Shown here: positions 1 through 8,550 of the stretch, piece after piece
How positions within the stretch are numbered: position 1 is the stretch's first letter
Layout of the letters: each line of letters starts with the position of its first letter
From: a virus
Reading direction: 5' to 3' (one strand)
DNA length: 64,000 nucleotides
Virus record (IMG/VR): IMGVR_UViG_3300042868_012858
Coordinates: 1 to 64,000 of that record
Made by a program: the position numbers and the translations under genes
Notes under the pieces: generated by a model
The model's input: only the letters and a program-made list of their open reading frames with translations
Databases searched by the model: none
Told to the model about the DNA's origin: nothing

Positions 1-1457
1 CTTGCTGTTCCAGAGAAAGTTATATTATTAACAAATGGAGAGCTAGCTAAATTTATAATCGGATTATTTTCAGTTCCCCCTGTTGTAATATTTGTTCCAG
101 GTTGTACTCTTGTGACATCATTTCCTTCTGTGGCCGTTAGGAATATATCGTACAAGTTTGTGGATCCTGAATATAAAGTATTTGCTGATAAACTATTGTT
201 AACATAAACAGCTCCACTAATTGTACCGCCCGATTTATCGAATTTTGTATCTAAAGAGTTTTGTAAGTTTACAACTTGAGATATAGGATGTGTATGACCT
301 GAATTTAGCAAATTCAAACCATCACCTTGCAATATAATTCTAGCAGTAGAACCTGTAAGGCCAGCAGCCCAATACCCATCTGTTTCTTGCCAAGTTAACG
401 CTGCGGTTGTACCAGAATTTCTCAAAACTTCTATACCGCTATTTATTGGAAGTGGCGCAGTATTTCCTGTAGCATTACTATTGATAGTAATAACATTATC
501 CTCAATGCTTAGAGTTTCGGTGTTTATAGTTGTAGCAGTTCCTAGTATAGTAACATTCTTTGTTATAAGAACATTTCCGTCTACATTTATATCTCCATTA
601 AATTGCGTTCCTGAATTAACAGTAAGACCTGTTATTGTAATACTAGAAAAACTATTAATTGTTGAAGTTAAATCAGGTTGACCTTCGTTTTGTTTTATGG
701 TCAATACATTTGTGCTTGGATTATATGTAAACCCTGTAGCGTAAGTATCAGCAGTTGTTAAAGCACTAAGATTTAATGTATAGCTTCCACCATCATTTCT
801 ATTAAATGTTGCTACTTTTGTTGGGGCGTTAAATGTTGACCCAGTTGTGTAGTAATCATTTGCAGAAAAAATATTATACAAATTTGTAGAGCCTGAATAT
901 ATAGTTGCGGCGCTTAAAGTATTTGCCGACAAGTTACCACCTATTGCTGTTCCAGAAAAAGTTATATTATTAACAGATGGAGAGCTTACTAAGTTTATTA
1001 CTGGCTCGCTTTCAGTACCTCCAGTTGTAATATTAGAACCAGGTTGTATTTTTGCGCTTCCACCGCTGGTGTTGGCAATATTATATATTATAGACTCTAA
1101 AGAAGTCCCAGCTGAGTAAAACCCAGTTGTAGCTGATATGTTTGTTGCTATCGAATCACCACCTATAGAAATACCTGAATAGTTAATGTTTTCAAAAGAA
1201 GGAGAATTTACTACTGATATTTGGTAGTCATATCCTGTTTGTTGCAGTGATACATTTGAACCTTGTGATAGTGTTGTTGCAGATAGTAGAGCTGATGTTA
1301 AAAAAATGTCTCCTAAATCTGTAGACCCAGAATACAAAGTGCCTCCAGATAAATTATTGGCATAAAGTCCTTGGGTGAACACTGTATCCCCTGTAACCGT
1401 GCCACCAGAAAGGTTTAAAAATTCTCTTTTTATGGGTTGAAAATAGCTACCTGACAT
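1..1457 (-). CDS. Ser/Thr/Gly-rich repetitive tail fibre-like structural protein (partial, runs off window start; absent from ORF track)
   Basis: ATG at 1457-1455, manual translation MSGSYFQPIKREFLNLSGGTVTGD...; internal repeats (YSGSTNLYxIF; QPGxNITTGGTExxPxINLxSSPxVNNITFSGTA); TATTTATA motif 16 nt upstream. Confidence 0.7.
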   Translation of the reverse strand, partial: MSGSYFQPIKREFLNLSGGTVTGDTVFTQGLYANNLSGGTLYSGSTDLGDIFLTSALLSATTLSQGSNVSLQQTGYDYQISVVNSPSFENINYSGISIGGDSIATNISATTGFYSAGTSLESIIYNIANTSGGSAKIQPGSNITTGGTESEPVINLVSSPSVNNITFSGTAIGGNLSANTLSAATIYSGSTNLYNIFSANDYYTTGSTFNAPTKVATFNRNDGGSYTLNLSALTTADTYATGFTYNPSTNVLTIKQNEGQPDLTSTINSFSSITITGLTVNSGTQFNGDINVDGNVLITKNVTILGTATTINTETLSIEDNVITINSNATGNTAPLPINSGIEVLRNSGTTAALTWQETDGYWAAGLTGSTARIILQGDGLNLLNSGHTHPISQVVNLQNSLDTKFDKSGGTISGAVYVNNSLSANTLYSGSTNLYDIFLTATEGNDVTRVQPGTNITTGGTENNPIINLASSPFVNNITFSGTA

Positions 1458-1541
1458 TTAATTTTTTCTTTTATATAAATAGAAACTAAAAATAAGTATT
1501 GAATAAAAAGCTCAATATTTATAGCATTTATAAAATAACAG

Positions 1542-1580
1542 AAAAGGGAGTCGTATACACAACTCCCTTCTTATTTTTTT
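1542..1580. terminator. Intrinsic terminator after tail sheath gene
   Basis: Stem aagggagt(1544-1551)/actccctt(1562-1569) flanked by A and T tracts. Confidence 0.7.
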
Positions 1581-1593
1581 ACCTAATCAAAGA

Positions 1594-4278
1594 TTAAAAA
1601 TCTTCGAAGTTTGCTCCAGTAGGAAGAACTTGGAATGTCAAGTCTATGAATTCTGCTGTTCTTGTTGGTTTAAGCTGAATCTTACCTACTAATGTATTTC
1701 TATCAATTGTTTCATTAGTATTGTTTGTATCATCCATAACCACTTTGAACGCAGTCAAACCTCTTTGATTTTGGATTTGCAACAAGATAGGCTCTACTCT
1801 TGCCAAGAATTGATCTCTCAATGTTTGGTCGTTTTGTTCGAACACTAAAGTTTGAGATGCAGCCGCAACCAATCTTCTAACTTGTAGTAACAATCTTCTA
1901 ACATTGATTCTATCAAGAGCAGATTGTCTAACTTGAAGAGTTTTTTGACCATCAATTTTAACACCAACTTGAATTGAAGTTGCGATTGGGTTTACTCTAC
2001 CTTGATACAATGTATCTCTATCTGTTTTCTTAAGCTTAACATCAGCTCTTACAACATTTGCTGGCGCAAGACCTCTAAGTTCACCTGCAGGTGCAATCCA
2101 AGGAGCTGCAACATTATCTGTGTAAGCCATACTTCTAACTACCATGAATGTAGGAGGTTGGTATGTATATTTTCCACTTGTTGGATCTTGTAATTGAACC
2201 CATGGCCAATAAGTTGTAGCGTAGTTTGAATCGATTCCTGTAGACTCAAGGATAGAAACAACCTCATCTGCAGTACCTTTTTCAGTACCAACTGTTAATC
2301 TTGGCGCATCAATGATATATAATGTATCCGCTCTATCTTCTATAATCTCAAGAGCATAGTTGATGATTGAATCATTATTTGAAAAGTCAATACCAGGTGT
2401 TGCGAACAAGTTGATATCTACTTCTTCAGGACTAGCCATCAAATCAATACCTGCTTTGAAAGCATTTACATTATCTAAATAAGCATCTGTAAATTCTTCG
2501 TATAAATTCTCGTATTGTTTGTATTTATCCCATCCATCAAAACCTCCAGCAGGTGCAACAGTAAATTTAAGAAGCGCTTTGTCAATTAAAGTTCCAGCCG
2601 CATTTGTATATGCTGTTAAGCTATTTTTATTACCACTAACGAAAGATGTAGCATCGGCTGTATTTTCCATGTGGAAACCTTTAATTGAAGTCATTCCAGA
2701 AGCAACTCCTCCATCGTATGCAAACAAATCAAATTCTAAAGATTTAACTGAATTTCTTACAGATATTTGGCTTTGAGTTAAACTTGTGTATCCAAGCTCA
2801 GAAAGACCAAGGTAAGTTTTGAATTTAGAATCTCCAGAGAAATATTCAGTTTTGTAGTAAACGTCTGTTGAAGTGATACCGCTAATTCCTGAGTCTCTCA
2901 ATGAATAACCTTCGAATCCTGCAGGTACGGTATTTACAGGGTGATTTTCTTCCATGTCAATTGTAATAAACATTGATCTTCTTGGGTAAGACTCATCAGT
3001 TGTACCGATTATTTTCGCAATATAGTTAGGTTGATCAGGATTCAATGATACGTTTGACCATCTTTCCAATGCTGTTGAAGAAGCTGTTGCATCAGTATCA
3101 AAGTAATTTCTAACAATTAAATCAAATGTGTAGTTTACAATATCAATATTTGCAATAGATATTTTTACTTCATTTGAAGATGCGTCACCATCAGAAATTG
3201 TTTGAACTCTAAACAATCTTCTTACATTAGAACCGATTACTCTAGAAACAATCCAAGGAGTAATTGCATTCGTGTAAGAATCTTCAAAATCTTCGTAAGC
3301 AGCTTCTGTAGAATAAATAATTTCAGGGTTAATTCCTGTAATTTCTTGTCTAGCTGCAGCTTCTCTTACAAAGTGAGGATAAATTCTTTCAACATAGAAA
3401 TTAGGATTTCCGCTTGTTACTTCAGGGCTTTTTCCTAATATTTTAACGATATAATCATCACGTGTCTCATCTAGAGAAATTGTGTATCCGCTATTTGTAG
3501 CCGCAGTTAATGGTCCAGTTGAAGCCGATAGTGTGAATGGTGCTAAAGCAGAAGTTTGATTTCCAATTGTAATTTCATCTTCAGAATTATAGTAAAAACC
3601 TCCTGAAATTTGATTTCTTTTACTTCTAATTATTGCTAATGTTGACCCTGACTTAGACCCTCTTACCTCTACGTTTGTAGCAGCAAGTGTAACTGTAGAT
3701 GCATTGATTAATCCAGTGTTTCCTCCAGTTGCACTAATTCCTAATGCAGTAAATCCAGCAGAAGCAGTAAGACCAGTTAATAACTGATAAGAACTAGTAT
3801 TTCCTGTGTTTGAAAAACCAACATAAGTATCATTACCTACTGTTGTAGCTGTAATTGTACCAGCTGTACCAGCTGCTCCTGAAAGAACAACGGTGTAAGT
3901 TGTTGGCGAAGCAAGTGAATTAATACTGAAAGTAATACCAGTTGCAGTAGTAGATCCTTCGTATTCAGTAGACATGTCTGCAGCAATAATCCAAGCAGGT
4001 GAGTTTTGAAAACCAGTAGTACCCAAAATTCTTACCACATTCAATTCATTTGATTGTGACAAGAAAGAATTAGCAACATAAGGCATAGGATATTTTACAT
4101 TAGTACCCCCAAATCTTAACAGGAACTCATCTGTACTTGTAACTTTTACGCTTTCAAATGCAGGTCCTTTTAGGGTTTTACCAACCAATCCTAATCTAGT
4201 GATACCAATTCTAGATGCAAAAACTGAAAAGTCTTGTTCTTTTGTGTATACACCTGGTGAAACGAATATTGTAGCCAT
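1594..4278 (-). CDS. gp18: Contractile tail sheath protein (T4 gp18-like)
   Basis: N-terminal SPGVYTKEQDFS; C-terminal YATTYWPW, PWIAPAGELRG, RVNPI, GQKTLQ, ALDRINVRRLL, LKPTRTAEFI motifs. Confidence 0.95.
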   Translation of the reverse strand: MATIFVSPGVYTKEQDFSVFASRIGITRLGLVGKTLKGPAFESVKVTSTDEFLLRFGGTNVKYPMPYVANSFLSQSNELNVVRILGTTGFQNSPAWIIAADMSTEYEGSTTATGITFSINSLASPTTYTVVLSGAAGTAGTITATTVGNDTYVGFSNTGNTSSYQLLTGLTASAGFTALGISATGGNTGLINASTVTLAATNVEVRGSKSGSTLAIIRSKRNQISGGFYYNSEDEITIGNQTSALAPFTLSASTGPLTAATNSGYTISLDETRDDYIVKILGKSPEVTSGNPNFYVERIYPHFVREAAARQEITGINPEIIYSTEAAYEDFEDSYTNAITPWIVSRVIGSNVRRLFRVQTISDGDASSNEVKISIANIDIVNYTFDLIVRNYFDTDATASSTALERWSNVSLNPDQPNYIAKIIGTTDESYPRRSMFITIDMEENHPVNTVPAGFEGYSLRDSGISGITSTDVYYKTEYFSGDSKFKTYLGLSELGYTSLTQSQISVRNSVKSLEFDLFAYDGGVASGMTSIKGFHMENTADATSFVSGNKNSLTAYTNAAGTLIDKALLKFTVAPAGGFDGWDKYKQYENLYEEFTDAYLDNVNAFKAGIDLMASPEEVDINLFATPGIDFSNNDSIINYALEIIEDRADTLYIIDAPRLTVGTEKGTADEVVSILESTGIDSNYATTYWPWVQLQDPTSGKYTYQPPTFMVVRSMAYTDNVAAPWIAPAGELRGLAPANVVRADVKLKKTDRDTLYQGRVNPIATSIQVGVKIDGQKTLQVRQSALDRINVRRLLLQVRRLVAAASQTLVFEQNDQTLRDQFLARVEPILLQIQNQRGLTAFKVVMDDTNNTNETIDRNTLVGKIQLKPTRTAEFIDLTFQVLPTGANFEDF

Positions 4279-4289
4279 ATTTCTATTTA

Positions 4290-4574
4290 TTATTTATTTT
4301 TTGTTTTTACTTTTTTTGTTTCTTCTGCCGAATAACTTTCAGCTTCTTTTTTTGCTTTTTCTAATGCACTATTAAAAACTATTTTTTCACTTTTACTTTC
4401 CTCAACCAATTCAAACCATCCTCTTTTAAAATCTTGTTTATTTACAATCTGATTAAAATCAGTCAAATCAGTCAAATTAACCACTGAACCTGCAGGAATT
4501 ATTTCAGATTTGGCAACACCCGCAAGCTTGTAAGCTATTGTGTTTGTACCATTTCTTCTATTCCTTACTTTCAT
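4290..4574 (-). CDS. Small putative virion protein
   Basis: 94 aa directly upstream of sheath; TATTTATA motif upstream; weak similarity to 20034..20306 and N-terminus of 17565..18188. Confidence 0.6.
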   Translation of the reverse strand: MKVRNRRNGTNTIAYKLAGVAKSEIIPAGSVVNLTDLTDFNQIVNKQDFKRGWFELVEESKSEKIVFNSALEKAKKEAESYSAEETKKVKTKNK

Positions 4575-4611
4575 CTATTTCAAGTTTTATTTATAAATAT
4601 TAAAAAAAATA

Positions 4612-5331
4612 TCATTTCCTACTTTTCTGTTCAGAAATTTTAATTGAAACCTTATTAATTGTATTAACTCTCTCAAATGTTGATGGATCTAAAAGTTTTC
4701 CATGAACAGTTATTGGAATTGTTACTTGATATAACTTTTCAGAGGCTAATTCTTCTTGTAAAGTTTGTGATGGATCTGATATTTTTGAAGCTATATGGTG
4801 ACCATTTATGTTTAAATACCCCTGCCCATTTGAATATCCGTCTCTTAAAACTTTTTCATAATAAGCATTTACATCTACCATGTAATACGCAGCTAAAATC
4901 ATATCATATTCTACATCAACCCAAGTTGGTTGTGGGATTTTATATAGATAATAACCTTTAAGAGTTCCATCAAATGTTGGAACTTTAACAAATTTAAATT
5001 GTTTTTTTACTGGAATTGTTCTTTTTAAGGGTGAAGTTCCAGGTTTTACAGTCTTTCTTGCAATTGCAATAAATGGTCTAGATAGCTCTTCTCCGTACTC
5101 AAATCTAAAATCTTTCCAATTCATTTTTCTTTCAGCCCACAATTCTTGAGCTAAAAATATTACAGGAACGGTTTTTTGATTACCTGTTTCATCTTCAACA
5201 GTTAAATTAAGGTTTTTTATATAATCTACTATCGCTAGATCAATATCTTCTAAAAAAATTCCCTGGGGAAGATAATTGTGATTTTCAAAATCTTTATCCA
5301 AATTTTTCCCTACGTTATCTAGGATTGACAT
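4612..5331 (-). CDS. Tail completion/terminator protein (gp15-like)
   Basis: Position between neck genes and sheath; DIDLAI...VPVIF...ERK, PFIAIAR and PxWVDVEYD patterns typical of the family. Confidence 0.6.
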   Translation of the reverse strand: MSILDNVGKNLDKDFENHNYLPQGIFLEDIDLAIVDYIKNLNLTVEDETGNQKTVPVIFLAQELWAERKMNWKDFRFEYGEELSRPFIAIARKTVKPGTSPLKRTIPVKKQFKFVKVPTFDGTLKGYYLYKIPQPTWVDVEYDMILAAYYMVDVNAYYEKVLRDGYSNGQGYLNINGHHIASKISDPSQTLQEELASEKLYQVTIPITVHGKLLDPSTFERVNTINKVSIKISEQKSRK

Positions 5332-5369
5332 ACTTTCACAAGTTATTTTAAATAAATAGTCTTAAAAAA

Positions 5370-5401
5370 CTTGTAATAAAGAATTCTTTGTTTTATATTT
5401 G
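5370..5401 (+). promoter_or_regulatory. Bacteroidota-type -33/-7 promoter driving a non-coding transcript
   Basis: CTTG(5370-5373)-N20-TATATTTG(5394-5401); consensus TTTG-N19-21-TAnnTTTG. Confidence 0.65.
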
Positions 5402-5404
5402 CCA

Positions 5405-5683
5405 AGGATTTTTTACTTCATATCCCGTTTTTCTTAGGGGCGTTGATTTCGGATATGAAGGTTTTGCACTGGAAAGATGGTAGTTTCATCAGGTGAAAAA
5501 TTTAAAAACAACTCTCTCTTATCTCTTTGTTGTTTATTCAACAAATCTGTAGTAGCAGACAGGATTTTAAAAGTCTTGGGGGGTAAGGGGGGCGTTCAAG
5601 TTTTTGAATTTTTTCCCTAAAAATCTGGTAGTAAAATACCCACTTCTAGTAAAGTATATTACTATTAGTAAGGTGTTTTTTTT
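5405..5683 (+). ncRNA. Candidate highly structured non-coding RNA (class not recognised)
   Basis: Nested helices: 5406-5413/5619-5626; 5416-5425/5451-5460; 5496-5509/5600-5613; 5510-5525/5580-5596 enclosing three abutting hairpins; many G·U pairs valid only on + strand; ends in stem plus T8. Confidence 0.65.
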
Positions 5684-5692
5684 AAAGAAGTA

Positions 5693-6262
5693 TCATCTTC
5701 CCTGGAAAATATCCTCATCAATCTCAACAGCTTTTATAGTGACGAAAAATCTTCTGTCACCAGCCCAAGAGAATTCATTTGAAATTTGAGAATAACCATC
5801 ATCAACAATCTTATAAAATTGTCCTTTGTAACCAATAAAGTGACCCATTTTAATACCAGAAACAATAACGTTTGTACCTTCTTGTCTTGTTATCAATCCT
5901 AATTCGTCTAATTGGTCTATATAGATATGCGCAGTTAAATTTCCTAGTCCTTTCTTCTCGATACCACCAGCCACTTGATATGTAGGGTCCTGAGTCTCAA
6001 CGTTTATTCTTCCAAATATTTGAATTTCAGGAAGCCAAACTTTTCTTTTTGACTCGCCATATAATTTATGTGTCTTTGTTTTTTGAAGGTCTATTCTATA
6101 TAATAAAAAGCTTTCTTGAAGAACACTTTCAGTAATTTCTCTACCAGCAGCAGAAAAGAAATTTCTTTCTTTTTCGCCAAAAAAAAGTTTGATTCCTTTT
6201 GGAATCGCTTCATGAGAATTAAAATTCTCAGGATTTTTACCTATTTCTGTTAAATCTGACAT
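5693..6262 (-). CDS. Neck / head-closure protein (gp14-like)
   Basis: Follows gp13-like gene; LYRID..KTKTHKLYGES..K motif. Confidence 0.65.
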   Translation of the reverse strand: MSDLTEIGKNPENFNSHEAIPKGIKLFFGEKERNFFSAAGREITESVLQESFLLYRIDLQKTKTHKLYGESKRKVWLPEIQIFGRINVETQDPTYQVAGGIEKKGLGNLTAHIYIDQLDELGLITRQEGTNVIVSGIKMGHFIGYKGQFYKIVDDGYSQISNEFSWAGDRRFFVTIKAVEIDEDIFQGR

Positions 6263-6268
6263 CTAAAA

Positions 6269-7462
6269 TTAAAATATTGATATCCCCATAGGTCCAAAAC
6301 CTAAAGTTTTATTAATTGATTCTTGCATCATAGCTCTCTTCTCTAAAATCTTTTCATAAGATAACTCAGCCAATTGAGCAGTAAGCTCTTCTATTAGCTT
6401 TGATTGATCATCTCTACCTGTATTAATCAAATCGTCCTTATTTAGCGTTAATTCAGCTCCAGGTATAGGTAATTGACCATTAAACTTTCCTCTAATACCT
6501 AAACCTAGTATTTCTTTACATAAAGCAAGAGCATATCTCTTAACCCATCTTTGAGCCACAGAGTTAAGTTGATCCCAAGTTATAAAGTTTAATTGGACAT
6601 CAGCAGGCGAAGAAACCAATCCGTTACCCTGATGGCCTGACATACTACCTGAGTATCCACTAAATCCTGGATTTGCAGTATTTCCACTATATAATGGGTT
6701 TCCATAATAATTTTCTTTATCATAGTAGTAGTAAAAAACAGTACCAGGAGTTCCAAAACCACCACCAATACCTAAATTTGCTCCAGATGTTGGATTTGTA
6801 GGATAAGGAATAGGCAATAATCTTAGTGTTTTTGTACCATTTGCACCTGGTTTAAGTATGTATGAATATTCAGAACCTCTTACTCTGTTTCTTAATTCAG
6901 CCGCTTGCGCAGTTAAAAGTGTGTCAAAAACTGGCATTACGTGATATAAAGTATATCCCGCAAAAGAAGCGCCGAATTCTGTAAATGCAATATTTGTATT
7001 TGCAAACGGATCTAAACCAAATAAGTTTACAAAACTAGGAGTAAACCAAAGAACTTCATTCACTTCTCTTCCTGATGGAATTGTATAGTCTTGAGTTCCA
7101 GCTGTAAGAACAATTGAGCCCATTTTAGATTCTCTTACACTATCAGCACCCAAACCTACTTGTTCTCCGTAAGAAGTTGCAAATGATTTTTCGAAATATA
7201 AACTATTTGAAACATATTTTAGGGTAAAATCATATTCAGAAGGCAAACCTAACATCTCGCCTAACCTATTGTTTATCACCCAGTTATTTATAAATGTAGA
7301 ATATTCTTCTATAGCCATACAAATAGCTTCCTCGACTTGTTCGTCGTCGAGCTCGACACCCATAACAGGCTCACCAAGAAAACGTCTTATTCTTCTAATA
7401 AGCTTAGCTCTGTCTGCCTCAGGCATTCCATCTAAGCAGCCATCTGCACAAAATACTCCCAT
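6269..7462 (-). CDS. gp13: Neck / head-tail adaptor protein (gp13-like)
   Basis: LGEPVMGVELDDEQ and WVKRYALALCKEILG..RGKF...PIPG..LTLN motifs. Confidence 0.85.
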   Translation of the reverse strand: MGVFCADGCLDGMPEADRAKLIRRIRRFLGEPVMGVELDDEQVEEAICMAIEEYSTFINNWVINNRLGEMLGLPSEYDFTLKYVSNSLYFEKSFATSYGEQVGLGADSVRESKMGSIVLTAGTQDYTIPSGREVNEVLWFTPSFVNLFGLDPFANTNIAFTEFGASFAGYTLYHVMPVFDTLLTAQAAELRNRVRGSEYSYILKPGANGTKTLRLLPIPYPTNPTSGANLGIGGGFGTPGTVFYYYYDKENYYGNPLYSGNTANPGFSGYSGSMSGHQGNGLVSSPADVQLNFITWDQLNSVAQRWVKRYALALCKEILGLGIRGKFNGQLPIPGAELTLNKDDLINTGRDDQSKLIEELTAQLAELSYEKILEKRAMMQESINKTLGFGPMGISIF

Positions 7463-7474
7463 AAAAAATAATTA

Positions 7475-7753
7475 TTAACCAAATAAAGGACCTCTACTAT
7501 CTAATTTTGATCTAAAGCCCATATAAGTACCAGAATTAACTATAACTTGCTGAACCATACAATCTAAAGTTTGCCCTGAAGTCATACTTACTGTTGCTTT
7601 TCCTCCACCTCTAGCTGTTATTGTGATTGAACCGTTTGTTAGACAATAAATTTGATGAACTGTCGTAGCAGTAAGACCATCACCTAATGTATCAACATTA
7701 TATGTTCCAGATGTAAGATTTACTATACCATAATTTGCATTAAAAGTTGCCAT
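7475..7753 (-). CDS. Small beta-rich putative virion protein
   Basis: 92 aa, Thr/Gly/Val-rich, late motif upstream, in structural operon. Confidence 0.55.
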   Translation of the reverse strand: MATFNANYGIVNLTSGTYNVDTLGDGLTATTVHQIYCLTNGSITITARGGGKATVSMTSGQTLDCMVQQVIVNSGTYMGFRSKLDSRGPLFG

Positions 7754-7773
7754 ATTTTTTTATTATAAATAGT

Positions 7774-8433
7774 TTAAAATATTGATTTGATTGACTCTAT
7801 TTCTTTCAAATTATCTAGTGAGCCTATCTTGCTCAGTATCAATAATAATTGTTGTTTATCATCTTCATCTGGATATGAATCATCTATATATAACTGAGCC
7901 TCTGACTTTTCCTTAAAAAGATTTGGCAATTCTTTCTTCAAATCATCAAAATAAGGATCCATACAAGAATTTAATTTATCATAAATCTTTTTTATTTTTT
8001 CAACCATCTCAAATATTTCATTATCTAGTTGAATTTTATTATTATCCTTGTAATTATTGAAAGAAAATAGCGTATTATGATTTAAGTTATAGTATAAATC
8101 TTTTTCCATAGCTTCTATAGATTCAAAAGGACCAAATTGCAAGTCAAAATCTTTACCTTTTCCACTAGTAAAATCATTTGTATGTGTTTTCCAATAAACA
8201 AAAAACTTATAATACCAATTACCACTCAATGTTTTTGCTATAAAAACATTGAAAATATAATCATTATCTTTTCTATTACTAGTTCCGCTTTTTATTGATT
8301 TTGAGTACTTCCAAATAACATTATTATTTGCATCATTTTTTTTGTTTACAAAATCAAACCCATCAATTTGAAATAATTGATCCGTCCCTGTAATATTTTC
8401 TATATTTTCTCTTATTAACTTTCTAAGATTCAT
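7774..8433 (-). CDS. Hypothetical protein, possible head-internal protein
   Basis: N-terminal LRKLIRE helix; own late motif. Confidence 0.5.
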   Translation of the reverse strand: MNLRKLIRENIENITGTDQLFQIDGFDFVNKKNDANNNVIWKYSKSIKSGTSNRKDNDYIFNVFIAKTLSGNWYYKFFVYWKTHTNDFTSGKGKDFDLQFGPFESIEAMEKDLYYNLNHNTLFSFNNYKDNNKIQLDNEIFEMVEKIKKIYDKLNSCMDPYFDDLKKELPNLFKEKSEAQLYIDDSYPDEDDKQQLLLILSKIGSLDNLKEIESIKSIF

Positions 8434-8491
8434 AACAACACATTCTCCTTATAAATAGAGAGGAAAAAGTCATTTTTCTAAAATATATAAT

Positions 8492-8530
8492 AAAAAAAAG
8501 AGGCCACATCCCGTGACCTCCTTCTTTTTT
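8492..8530. terminator. Intrinsic terminator after major capsid gene
   Basis: gagg-c-cac / gtg-a-cctc imperfect stem between A8 and T-rich tracts. Confidence 0.6.
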
Positions 8531-8550
8531 ATCGTTTCTCAACTTACTTA

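Noticed and set aside
5510-5596. Four-way junction as a tRNA or tRNA remnant
   Set aside because: Arm lengths and loops do not fit, and there is no TTC T-loop, D-loop GG or CCA end.
5604-5789. 61-aa + strand ORF as the target of the 5370 promoter
   Set aside because: It has a TTG start inside a predicted helix, crosses the terminator and overlaps the gp14-like gene antisense; the RNA structure explains the region better.
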